NCBI GenBank assembly: GCA_030647775.1
Contig: JAUSJC010000007.1
Span: 50,038-114,037, forward strand
DNA length: 64,000 nucleotides
Direction: 5' to 3'
Source: Candidatus Curtissbacteria bacterium
GTDB taxonomy: Bacteria > Patescibacteriota > Microgenomatia > Curtissbacterales > GWA2-41-24
The notes below the pieces were generated by a model. It was not told where the DNA came from and did not search any database. It worked only from the letters and a program-made list of their open reading frames with translations. Of this stretch, positions 55,795-64,000 are shown in pieces (position 1 is the stretch's first letter; each line of letters opens with the position of its first letter). The position numbers and the translations under genes were made by a program.

Positions 55795-56987
55795 TTATTT
55801 TTAGATTGAACTTGTGATGTTAAACTTCCGCGAGCCAATTTTACACCAATGATGTCGCCAAGGACAACGCCCTCAATGCTTTTGACGATCCGGCCACGGC
55901 TATCGGTGGTAATAGAATAGCCGCGGGAAAGAGTATTTTCGGGCGAGAGAATTCGCAGTGATTTGGCAAGGTTTTCCAATTTAGTGGAAGCGTCGGTAAT
56001 TAAATATTTTTGCTGATGGGCAAAAGCCTGGGCAATGATTGTCAGACGATGGGGCAGATCCTTAAAATAAGATTTTACTTGCAGAAGCTGGCGGAAATTA
56101 TAGTCAAGCTTTTGAAAATTGGCAGAGAAAAAATAGTCGGCACGGATTTTAAGGCGCGTGCCAATGCTTTCCAGTTTATCTATGATCAGCAAATAGCCGT
56201 TTGTGACGATATTGGCGGCGTCCGTTGGGGTTGAAGCGCGGCGGTCGGCCACCCATTCGGCGAGCGATTCATTGGCTTCATGGCCAATGGCAACAACGGT
56301 TGGAGTTTTCATCTTAAAAATTGCTCGGGCAACCGCCTCATCGTTGAAAGCCGCCAAATCCTCCAGCGATCCGCCGCCGCGGGTAATGACGACTACGTCG
56401 AACCCCTCCCGATCGACCTTTGGAAGAATCGCAAGAAGCTGTGGGATTGATTTTATTCCCTGCACGCGGACATCGGCAGTTGCTAGATCGATAATCGGAA
56501 ATTTATCAGTCGTGTGGCGTTTAAAATCATTCCAGGCGTCGGATCCGGCAGACGTTACGACGCAAACTTTTTTAGGGTAAAGTGGGATTTCTTTTTTGTG
56601 TTGCTGATCAAATAGACCTTCGCCTTTTAATTTTTTGATTAATTCCTCAAGTTTTTTAGCTAAAACGCCTTCACCGATGGCTTCCACTTTCTTAATTTTG
56701 AACTGGTACTGACCGCGGGGCTCGTAGAGCGACAAGAATCCGAAGGCTAGGATTTTTTGGCCAACGAGTTCCGATCCGCCAAAATCTTTAAAGATTGACC
56801 CGTCGGCAACACAGGGGAGGAGGGCATTATCGTCTTTTAAATCCAAATAAAAGAAGCGCCAGTTGGGGTTTTCTTTAAAGGTCGTAACTTCTCCTTCGAC
56901 CCAGAGCTCCATTTGCTCCAGGGTCTCTTTGGCGAAATAATTGACTTCGGAGACGGAGTAGATTTTGCGGTCTTTGTCGGTTTTCAT
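55791..56987 (-). CDS. xseA: exodeoxyribonuclease VII large subunit
   Basis: TRGGGSLEDLAAFN, AIGHE, STPTDAA, LSPENTLSRGYS. Confidence 0.95.
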   Translation of the reverse strand: MKTDKDRKIYSVSEVNYFAKETLEQMELWVEGEVTTFKENPNWRFFYLDLKDDNALLPCVADGSIFKDFGGSELVGQKILAFGFLSLYEPRGQYQFKIKKVEAIGEGVLAKKLEELIKKLKGEGLFDQQHKKEIPLYPKKVCVVTSAGSDAWNDFKRHTTDKFPIIDLATADVRVQGIKSIPQLLAILPKVDREGFDVVVITRGGGSLEDLAAFNDEAVARAIFKMKTPTVVAIGHEANESLAEWVADRRASTPTDAANIVTNGYLLIIDKLESIGTRLKIRADYFFSANFQKLDYNFRQLLQVKSYFKDLPHRLTIIAQAFAHQQKYLITDASTKLENLAKSLRILSPENTLSRGYSITTDSRGRIVKSIEGVVLGDIIGVKLARGSLTSQVQSKNK

Positions 56988-57102
56988 TTAGGAAAGTATA
57001 TCAGTTCGGAGATTCCGGCGAAATATTAAATTTTAAAATTACTATCATTTTAGCCTCATTTTGCCCCGTTGACAATGTTTTTTTCTTGTTATATTATATC
57101 CA

Positions 57103-57160
57103 AGCTTATCGCAAGATAGGCAATCTGAAAGGGCCCCTCGCAAGAAGGGCCTTTTCTTTT
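57103..57160 (+). ncRNA. candidate small RNA 1 (GCAA hairpin - AATCTGAA - terminator)
   Basis: TTGACA-17-TATTAT promoter, GCTTATC-GCAA-GATAGGC, GC-rich hairpin plus TTTTCTTTT. Confidence 0.55.
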
Positions 57161-57174
57161 GGGAAAAAATAAGA

Positions 57175-57238
57175 TGTCATGCTGAACTCGTTTCAGCATC
57201 TTAAATAGAAGAGATCCCGAAACAGGTCCGGGATGACA
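57175..57238. repeat. GTCAT...ATGAC bipartite palindrome without the nested element
   Basis: TGTCATGCTGAACTCGTTTCAGCATCT...AGATCCCGAAACAGGTCCGGGATGACA. Confidence 0.85.
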
Positions 57239-57288
57239 AGAGTAACCATTTTGCCCCGTTGACCCCGCCAATCTTACTTCTCGCCTTT

Positions 57289-57345
57289 CCCGCCTGCAAC
57301 CCGCCCAGAACTGTGTAGCTGTTGGCGGGTAGCATTGCGGGCAGG
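57289..57345. repeat. 57-bp CCCGCC...GCGGGCAGG element, inverted near-identical copy of 61245-61301
   Basis: 54/57 identity by manual alignment. Confidence 0.9.
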
Positions 57346-57441
57346 TCACTATTATTCATACACGGCTCGAAGAGCGATTTTGGAGGGGCAAGCAAATTTT
57401 GATGTATTGACAAGTATTTTTACACGCTATATATTGCCTTT

Positions 57442-57525
57442 TGTAATTACAGCAATGTAGTTACACGGTTGCCGCAAGGTGACCAAAACTGAAGGGGCCT
57501 TACCAAAAGTGAGGCCTTTTCTTTT
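57442..57525 (+). ncRNA. candidate small RNA 2 (two GCAA hairpins - AAAACTGAA - terminator)
   Basis: TTGACA-17-TATATT promoter, TGTAATTACA-GCAA-TGTAGTTACA, GGTTGCC-GCAA-GGTGACC, hairpin plus TTTTCTTTT. Confidence 0.55.
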
Positions 57526-57604
57526 GGTTTTTAAGTCGCAAAAACATACCAATCGTGGCGTTGGTAATTATTCCTTAATTTTTTTAAAGGAAAGCGTTTT
57601 TAGA

Positions 57605-57886
57605 TTAACCCTGCGAGTTTTTCTTTTGCATGTAACAATCTCGGCAGTATACCGGCCTATCTCCTGATGGCTGAAAAGGTACTTGCGTATCTTTACCACA
57701 ATTGCTGCACTTTACGTTGTAAAGCGTACGGCCTTGTTGGTCTGTCCCCTCTGACTGGGCTGCGGGCGCATCTTTTGCAACTTCTTCTGCTTTTGGTTCT
57801 ACATCTGCGGCTGGCTGGGCAGCTGCTTCATCTGCTGCATCAGCGGCCGGTTCATCTGTTGTTGTTGTTTTATCGTCATCTAACAT
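57605..57886 (-). CDS. CxxC-x17-CxxC zinc-ribbon protein with acidic N-terminus
   Basis: CSNCGKDTQVPFQPSGDRPVYCRDC; SD GGAGGTG. Confidence 0.88.
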   Translation of the reverse strand: MLDDDKTTTTDEPAADAADEAAAQPAADVEPKAEEVAKDAPAAQSEGTDQQGRTLYNVKCSNCGKDTQVPFQPSGDRPVYCRDCYMQKKNSQG

Positions 57887-58016
57887 TATTTATCACCTCC
57901 TTTTTGTTTATTATGAGCGAATATCAAAACACCACGGCCTTTAGACCGTGTGTAATTTATTTTACCAAAAATTAGCGGAGAAAACATTTATGCTACAGAT
58001 CGCTACTTTCATATAT

Positions 58017-58727
58017 CTAGAAATAGGTGAGACTACGGGCCATGTCTTCGAGAACTTTCCCGCTTGAATCCGCATCTTCTTTGGCATCCTGCTGCTGGTA
58101 AATGATCACAATCGGATTTTGGGCATCGGGAATTAAAAAGGTTATTTGGGAAAAGCCTTTTGTCGTTGAACCTCTACCCGTAGTTTGCGCCTTTACTTTT
58201 TGGACGGACTTTCCATTAACTTCAATATTCTGGCTAGTGACGATGATTTGGAGGTCATTGGGATTTTGGTAGTAACCTACGGTTCCCTGCCAATCTTCGG
58301 GTTTGATGACCTCAAGATATATGGGGGTGAATTGGATATCGGTATCGGCCGGGACCGTAAAAGAGTAAGGGGCGAAGTAATTACATTTCTGACTGTCGTC
58401 GTTATAGGTAGTAAACCAGTCTTTGGGATAAGAGACGCTAAAGCCGTAAGTAGCGTTGGAGCAAAGCTTAACGTAGGAAGCAATGATTGAGTTTGATTGG
58501 GTGTCGGCGGCGGGAATCGGGCTGTCGATCGGCGCGATTGGCCCGGCTTTTGTGGTTGCGCCGCGAACGTTAAGGAGCGAAGCGACGTTTTGCCGAATGG
58601 ATGTTGACCCCAAAAGAAAAAACCCCAATCCGTACAAGGCCATAAAAGTAACTGCGAGTGTGATTTTGGAATGTTTTTTAAAAGAAGATAGAGTCAACTT
58701 TGATTCCTTAGCTTGATAGCCTAACAC
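58017..58727 (-). CDS. membrane-anchored hypothetical protein (PsbP-like fold possible)
   Basis: TM then NATYGFSVSYPKDW motif. Confidence 0.65.
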   Translation of the reverse strand: MLGYQAKESKLTLSSFKKHSKITLAVTFMALYGLGFFLLGSTSIRQNVASLLNVRGATTKAGPIAPIDSPIPAADTQSNSIIASYVKLCSNATYGFSVSYPKDWFTTYNDDSQKCNYFAPYSFTVPADTDIQFTPIYLEVIKPEDWQGTVGYYQNPNDLQIIVTSQNIEVNGKSVQKVKAQTTGRGSTTKGFSQITFLIPDAQNPIVIIYQQQDAKEDADSSGKVLEDMARSLTYF

Positions 58728-58762
58728 TCTCTAGCATAGGGAACCAAAGTTGACTCTGTCAA

Positions 58763-58834
58763 CCCCGTTAGAAGTGTGGTCTTTGACATTATCGAGTCGA
58801 TAAATATCAAAAATTTTCCGGACTTCTAACGGGG
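58763..58834. mobile_element. MITE-like element CCCCGTTAGAAGT...ACTTCTAACGGGG
   Basis: 13-bp TIR, flanked by (G)TCAA direct repeat. Confidence 0.75.
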
Positions 58835-58863
58835 TCAATACGTTTTAATTACTTTTTAGATAA

Positions 58864-59061
58864 TTAGGCCGCTTGAGAATCGTCTGCCGGTACTTCTCCT
58901 GCAGTCGGTTCTTCTGCGGGTGGAGGCGGAGCAATCTCGCCTTCTTCTGCCGGAGCAGCCGGCGCACCACCCTGGTCGTCAGCCGGAGCAACAGGCGCTT
59001 GGCCGTCATCGGTTACCGGTTGACCCGTAGGGTTTTGATTTTGGTCATCGTTCGGATCCAT
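58864..59061 (-). CDS. small acidic Pro/Ala-rich protein
   Basis: SD AAAGGAGG; MDPNDDQNQNP... Confidence 0.7.
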   Translation of the reverse strand: MDPNDDQNQNPTGQPVTDDGQAPVAPADDQGGAPAAPAEEGEIAPPPPAEEPTAGEVPADDSQAA

Positions 59062-59086
59062 AATATTTTCCCTCCTTTTTTCAATT

Positions 59087-60172
59087 TTACCAAATTGCGA
59101 GTGGGGTTTGTAAAGCCTGTAAAAATTTTGTCCCGGCGGGGAGGTTACTAATAACTTTGATAACGGTTTGAGGTATCTGGTAGGTTTTCGGCTGGGGCTG
59201 GTTCTGGTAGAGATCCGTCAGCTTTGCCTGAAGCGCGTTTTGGGTAATATTAACCTGGGCAAATTTTTCTAAATTCCTCTTTTTATCAAAGACTTTAAGC
59301 TTTTGGGAAAGCAGCTGTCCCGACAAGCCTTCATTCTTAATTTTGGCCTGCTGGAGTATTTGGTAGGCTTTTTCAATTTGGGGGACGCTGTCTTTTTCGG
59401 TTTCGTTTGCTCCGGACAGGGTTTTGGTGATATCGCTTGCGACATTGACCAAAAGCTCGAGGTAAGCAATCTGGGTGTCGTAATAAGTTTTAAAACCGTC
59501 CGGAACGGTGAGACGGGACAGATCGGAAAGGGTAATATTGGCCTGACGTTTTTTGGCTTCATAATAATCGATGATCGGCTGCGGCTTTTGGTTGGGCCAG
59601 AGGGTTTCGTCGGTTAGAACAGGCAGATAAAATCCGGTACCGGAGGCGATAAGAATTTCCCGCTGAAAATTCTGGTCGGCCAAAAAGCCGTCTAAAAGAA
59701 TTGCGCTTCCATTGTAGTAGGCGAACAAATCTTTTCTAATTGCCTGGAATTTATCCGGCACTTCCAGCTTGGAAAGCTGGTTTTTTTGCTCCAGTAAACT
59801 TTTTTGAGTCGATTCTACCTGGGAAATTGCCTTTTCGATGTCGTTGAGGCTGACATAGTAACCTTGAGGTGTCGGTGTTGCTTCTTTTAGGATATCGACG
59901 GCTTTGACCTTAGCCCCGGCGACCTGAAACGAACCAATAATCTCCGAGAGCGAGTTTTTGGAAGAGGTAAAACCGCTTATAGCTACTTCCAAATAATGGT
60001 TTTCGGTTCTAAGAGGCGCCTCTTTGTAATATTGCCAAAATGAAAAGGCGCTAGCGGCACCGCCGGTAATAAGAACAAGAGCCAAAAATAAAAAAAGTGT
60101 TTTTTGGATAAGAGAAGCTTTAGGCTTTTTCTCCAAAACCGAAACGTAATACTTATAAGAGTGGATATGCAT
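59087..60172 (-). CDS. membrane-anchored helical hypothetical protein
   Basis: single N-terminal TM, long open frame. Confidence 0.75.
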   Translation of the reverse strand: MHIHSYKYYVSVLEKKPKASLIQKTLFLFLALVLITGGAASAFSFWQYYKEAPLRTENHYLEVAISGFTSSKNSLSEIIGSFQVAGAKVKAVDILKEATPTPQGYYVSLNDIEKAISQVESTQKSLLEQKNQLSKLEVPDKFQAIRKDLFAYYNGSAILLDGFLADQNFQREILIASGTGFYLPVLTDETLWPNQKPQPIIDYYEAKKRQANITLSDLSRLTVPDGFKTYYDTQIAYLELLVNVASDITKTLSGANETEKDSVPQIEKAYQILQQAKIKNEGLSGQLLSQKLKVFDKKRNLEKFAQVNITQNALQAKLTDLYQNQPQPKTYQIPQTVIKVISNLPAGTKFLQALQTPLAIW

Positions 60173-60225
60173 GAATTTCTTACTACTAGATTATCACGGT
60201 CGGCAAAACAAACCAATTTTGACCA

Positions 60226-60253
60226 TTGATATTCGGGTTTTCTTTGGTATATT
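60226..60253 (+). promoter_or_regulatory. dinB promoter with candidate LexA box
   Basis: TTGATA-TTCGG-GTTTTC-TTTGG-TATATT. Confidence 0.7.
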
Positions 60254-60263
60254 TAGAGTTAAG

Positions 60264-61715
60264 ATGGACAACAATCAACGAGTCATTATCCATGCGGACT
60301 TGAATAGTTTCTTTGCAACGGCCGAACAGCAAACAAACCCTGCCCTACGCGGTAAACCGGTAGGAGTTATCAAAGCCCCGGGCAGAACTTGCATTATCGC
60401 CGCTTCCGTTGAAGCTAAAAAGTTTGGCGTCGGTACTGGCAGCCGCGTTTACGATGCCAAGAAACTCTGTCCCGAGATTATTCTGGTGCCGGCTAACTTT
60501 AGCAAATACGAGAAAATGACTTACCGTTTTATTGATATTTGCAAAACTTATTCACCGGCTTGCGAGGTCTTTTCACTGGACGAGTGTTTTATCGATGTAA
60601 CGGAAACGGAATTTATCTGGCCGCGCCCGCCACGCAATGCCAGTCTTGAACAACTCGCTTGGCTGGAAATGGGGAAAGCATTGCGAGGCAATGCGGGCGG
60701 GAAGAATGTTTTTAACATTGCCTTTGAAATTAAGGACAGGTTAAGGCGAGAAGTCGGCGATTATATGACTTGCTCCGTCGGTGTTTCCCACAACAGGTTT
60801 TTGGCCAAGCTTGCTTCTTCCCAAATTAAACCCGATGGGCTTTTTTGGATAACGGACGATAATAAACTTGAAGTTTTGGATAGAAGCAAACTGACGGATG
60901 TCTGCGGCCTTGGGGACGGACTGTATCAGCATCTGACCCGCGTCGGGATTGATAGTTTTCCAATACTTAGGGCAAAATCCATAACATTTTTGCAAGAACA
61001 TTTCGGGCCGCACTGGTCTTTACATCTTTATAACTTAGCGCGGGGAATTGATGATTCAGGGGTAGGATCGATTCTCGAAATTCCCGACGCCAAAAGCGTT
61101 GGGCGCACTTATACAACCCACCGCAATTTATATAGAAAAGAAGAAGTTTGGCGCTTAACCCGTAATCTATGTGAGGAGACGGCGGCCAAAGCCCGCAAGA
61201 TGCATTTGGCGGGCCGGTACGTAGGGTTTTGTCTTCGCGGCGGGCCTGCCCGCATCGCTACCCGCCAACAGCTACACAGTTCTGGGCGGGTTGCTGGCGG
61301 GGAAGTGTCAGAGTGGGGACATTTGACTTTAAAAAATTATATTAACGACGGCAAAATTCTTTTTGATCTATGCTTGCAAATTTCTAAGAACTGGAACTTC
61401 TTCCAACAGCCCTTCGACTTCGCTCAGGTCTTCGACTCCGAGGTCGCTCAGACTCGAGGAGGTCTTCGACCTTATGTGCGTTTTTGCGGAGTAACACTGG
61501 GGATGCTTACCAAATCGGCGTATCTCCCCTCTCCCCTTTTCGTTTCTGATAGCCGGCGGGTAGATCTAATAAAAACAATTGACAAGGTTAACGGCAAGTA
61601 CGGAGACTACACCATTTACCCGGGCCAACTGCTTGGAACGAGCTTAATTCGGCCGGAGGTAAACGGTTTTTTCGGCGACCGCAAATACCGGTTAGACTTT
61701 GCAAGCAAAAATTAA
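60264..61715 (+). CDS. dinB: DNA polymerase IV (Y family) with three in-frame palindromic insertions
   Basis: HADLNSFFA, ASVEAKKFGV, SLDECFIDVT, LAKLAS..KPDG; ATG at 60264. Confidence 0.92.
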   Translation: MDNNQRVIIHADLNSFFATAEQQTNPALRGKPVGVIKAPGRTCIIAASVEAKKFGVGTGSRVYDAKKLCPEIILVPANFSKYEKMTYRFIDICKTYSPACEVFSLDECFIDVTETEFIWPRPPRNASLEQLAWLEMGKALRGNAGGKNVFNIAFEIKDRLRREVGDYMTCSVGVSHNRFLAKLASSQIKPDGLFWITDDNKLEVLDRSKLTDVCGLGDGLYQHLTRVGIDSFPILRAKSITFLQEHFGPHWSLHLYNLARGIDDSGVGSILEIPDAKSVGRTYTTHRNLYRKEEVWRLTRNLCEETAAKARKMHLAGRYVGFCLRGGPARIATRQQLHSSGRVAGGEVSEWGHLTLKNYINDGKILFDLCLQISKNWNFFQQPFDFAQVFDSEVAQTRGGLRPYVRFCGVTLGMLTKSAYLPSPLFVSDSRRVDLIKTIDKVNGKYGDYTIYPGQLLGTSLIRPEVNGFFGDRKYRLDFASKN

Positions 61716-61828
61716 AAGCGGGTTAAACTAACTAAAAAGTTTTTTGGGAGGGGGAATTATTAATATATAACTAGAGGGCGGGCCATAGAGCATTACAACC
61801 CGCCACTTGCTAATTACCAGCGGTGTGC

Positions 61829-61921
61829 TTACTTAGCAACTTCCTCTGTTTTAACTTCTTCAACTGCCGGTTTTTCTTCAGCAGCGTCTTCTACTTTTTC
61901 TTCTGTTTTTGTGTCGTCCAT
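61829..61921 (-). CDS. 30-aa acidic peptide (not in ORF track)
   Basis: SD GGGGGTGA; MDDTKTEEKVEDAAEEKPAVEEVKTEEVAK*. Confidence 0.55.
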   Translation of the reverse strand: MDDTKTEEKVEDAAEEKPAVEEVKTEEVAK

Positions 61922-61948
61922 ATATTTCACCCCCTCTCAAAAATGTTG

Positions 61949-62377
61949 TTAATTTATACAAAGCTTGTGGTTAATCAAGTGAAGCAACTGGTCGGGATTT
62001 TTCATAAGGTTTACTTCTATCCAGGAATCGTAATTGTCATGTTTTTTCAAGGTATTGACCTCGGACGCGAAAAGTTCGTCATCGAGCAGGAAAAATCTGC
62101 GGTTAAAATCGATGGCCTCGGTTTTATCCAGCCGAAAAGTAGTCGGCTTAATTTTCTCAAGCAGGGCAACGGTCGTCGGCAAAAGAAACTGGGATAAGTA
62201 TTTAATTAAGGCTTTGCTGTCACCGTTGCACTTGGAAGTCAGCCAGAAAACAGAATAATTTTTCAAAATATATCCGAGAAATTTATCGAGATGTTGCGCG
62301 GGCGCGACACCCCTTGTCAGGATAACCCCATCGACATCGATATAAATATTTTTGGGCAAAACTTTGATCTTTTTCAT
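61949..62377 (-). CDS. HAD-like hypothetical protein
   Basis: YIDVDGVI, WLTS, K...LLDD. Confidence 0.7.
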   Translation of the reverse strand: MKKIKVLPKNIYIDVDGVILTRGVAPAQHLDKFLGYILKNYSVFWLTSKCNGDSKALIKYLSQFLLPTTVALLEKIKPTTFRLDKTEAIDFNRRFFLLDDELFASEVNTLKKHDNYDSWIEVNLMKNPDQLLHLINHKLCIN

Positions 62378-62382
62378 ATAAC

Positions 62383-63567
62383 TCAGACAAATGTTAACGC
62401 GGTACCTTTCTTCTGCATCCGGCCGGTCCTGCCAATCCTGTGGATGTAATCATCATAGGAAGCGGGCATATCGTAGTTTATCACATGGCTTACGTCTTCG
62501 ATATCGAGCCCGCGTGAGGCAACGTCGGTAGCCAGAAGTATATGAATTTGATTGGTACGGAATTGATCAAGTGTTTTTTGCCGTTGGCTTTGGCTTTTGT
62601 TGCCGTGAATTGCCCCCGCCTTAAAACCGCGCCCGGCAAGTTCATCGGAAAGCCTTTGGACTCCCCATTTAGTCCGGCCAAAAATTAATACCTTATTAAA
62701 GCCTTCCTGGATTAATAAGTCGTGGAGTTTGTCTACTTTTTGTTTGCTGTTTTCAACCTTAATAATTTCCTGGCTGATATTTTCAACCGTATCCCTAACT
62801 TTAACCGAAATGGTTACGGGGTCGGTGACAAATGTTTGGATAATTTCTTTGACCTTTGAAGAAACGGTTGCCGAAAAGAAAAGCGACTGACGCCTCCCGG
62901 GAAGAAGCGAAATTAAGTACTTGATGTCTTTGATAAAGCCGATATCGACCATGCGGTCCGTTTCGTCCAGTACCACACTAGCAAAGCCGCCAAGGTGCAG
63001 GCAGTTCTGGCGGACAAGGTCGATTATTCTTCCCGGTGTACCAATGACAAAATTAGGCCGATAGGCAATTTCCGTTCTCTGCCTTCTCATACTGGTCCCG
63101 CCAATACAAAGGGCCGATTTTATACCAAACCCCCTGGCGAATAGGACCAGTTCGTCCTGAATTTGTAAAGCCAGTTCGCGGGTTGGAGTGATAATCAGAA
63201 CATTTTGAGTCCTGTCCTTTATAACTTTATCGATAAGCGGAATTAAAAACGCGGCGGTTTTACCCGTGCCGGTGTTGGCAATGCCGATAACGTCCTTGCC
63301 TTCCAGAATTGCCTCAATAGCCTGATCCTGGATCGGGGTTGTTTCAGTGTAATTTTTGGCGGCAATATTTCTTTTAATGCCCTCATCGATAGCGAAATCC
63401 GCAAATTTATGTTTGGGGACATAGGCCTCGCGGATGGGCACATCGCTGGGCATATTTTTGCTTTGGCCGGCCGTAATTGCCCATAAAAGGCCCTGGTCGG
63501 TTCTGGCACTCGGCCTTGGAGAAAATCTTCTCCTGAAACCTCCTCTTGGTCTAAATCTTTGCGGCAT
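62383..63567 (-). CDS. DEAD-box RNA helicase
   Basis: TGTGKT, PTRELA, TPGR, DETD, SAT, HRIGRTGR. Confidence 0.96.
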   Translation of the reverse strand: MPQRFRPRGGFRRRFSPRPSARTDQGLLWAITAGQSKNMPSDVPIREAYVPKHKFADFAIDEGIKRNIAAKNYTETTPIQDQAIEAILEGKDVIGIANTGTGKTAAFLIPLIDKVIKDRTQNVLIITPTRELALQIQDELVLFARGFGIKSALCIGGTSMRRQRTEIAYRPNFVIGTPGRIIDLVRQNCLHLGGFASVVLDETDRMVDIGFIKDIKYLISLLPGRRQSLFFSATVSSKVKEIIQTFVTDPVTISVKVRDTVENISQEIIKVENSKQKVDKLHDLLIQEGFNKVLIFGRTKWGVQRLSDELAGRGFKAGAIHGNKSQSQRQKTLDQFRTNQIHILLATDVASRGLDIEDVSHVINYDMPASYDDYIHRIGRTGRMQKKGTALTFV

Positions 63568-63615
63568 GTTATTTTTGTTTGTTTTTAGAAAAAAGTTGAA
63601 GAAGTAAACCTACTT

Positions 63616-63650
63616 TAGGCCCGCAGACCACGTAGTGGACGAGGACCGCA
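63616..63650 (-). repeat. TGCGG...GGGCCTA element related to 19670-19717
   Basis: TGCGGTCCTCGT-hairpin-CTGCGGGCCTA compared with TGCGGTTCTCGT-hairpin-CTGTGGGCCTA. Confidence 0.65.
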
Positions 63651-63894
63651 AGCTCTGCTTAATTAAGAGTTGTATTTGTGAATAGGGAGAAAGATACTTT
63701 AGTAAAAATAAAACAATAGACTATCTTTATCTTGTCTAATCAAAAATTATTCGAAGTTAAGCAGAGTTACTGCTTCAATCTGCAAATCTAAAATACAGTA
63801 TAGCAGAAAACGCGAATTAATTCAACTATAAGCCCACTTCGTGAGCTTGCGTCCTTGGGGACTAAGGTTCAGTGACCCAAGGGTCTTGGAAATG

Positions 63895-63945
63895 CTATAA
63901 CCCTGAGTAGTTCGACTTCGCTCACCATTATAATCTATCGAAGGG
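63895..63945. repeat. nested CCCTGAG...TCGAAGGG palindromic micro-elements
   Basis: TAACCCTGAG[TAGTTCGACTTCGCTCACCATTATAA]TCTATCGAAGGG. Confidence 0.65.
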
Positions 63946-64000
63946 GAACCAAGTCTTCTCGGAACTTGGGTTATTATACTCGAGCCTGTCTGTTGAGAGC

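Noticed and set aside
39958-56580. Numerous antisense and alternate-frame ORFs inside uvrA, uvrB, gpmI, eno, ppsA and xseA
   Set aside because: Shadow frames of well-supported genes with no motifs.
1-64000. CRISPR array
   Set aside because: No regularly spaced identical repeats with unique spacers and no cas genes; the repeats seen are dispersed palindromes.

Overview
About 40% GC bacterial chromosome segment using standard code 11. Gene content and style suggest a Patescibacteria/CPR (Microgenomates-like) genome; this is an inference. The backbone carries ribH/riboflavin kinase/ribE, transaldolase, secG, yvcK, uvrC/uvrA/uvrB, lexA, gpmI, eno, ppsA, holA-like, xseAB, dinB and a DEAD-box helicase. 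Eight ordinary tRNA genes are present, with accessory islands at tRNA loci: three small GIY-YIG nucleases, an ice-binding-protein/sortase F island, a two-component pair, and a defence island with TA pairs, a REase plus two MTases and an ImmA/HTH pair. The most striking signals are non-coding. (1) A tRNA with a leucine-type body but an ATC (Asp) anticodon, enclosed in a ~25-bp stem (12250-12399). (2) A tRNA-Gly nested in a palindromic element nested in the anticodon loop of another tRNA-Gly (19726-19903). (3) Several families of 25-100 bp palindromic micro-elements inserted, often nested, into tRNA loops, into each other and in frame into dinB and uvrA, alongside a RAYT-like Y1 transposase and palindrome-flanked GIY-YIG genes as candidate mobilisers. 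(4) Integrase-free cassettes bounded by duplicated gene 3' ends (uvrB, matrixin, tRNAs). (5) A candidate LexA box shared by lexA, dinB and a methyltransferase operon. (6) Two paralogous candidate small RNAs. No CRISPR array or rRNA was seen. All calls come from reading motifs by eye, with no database searches.
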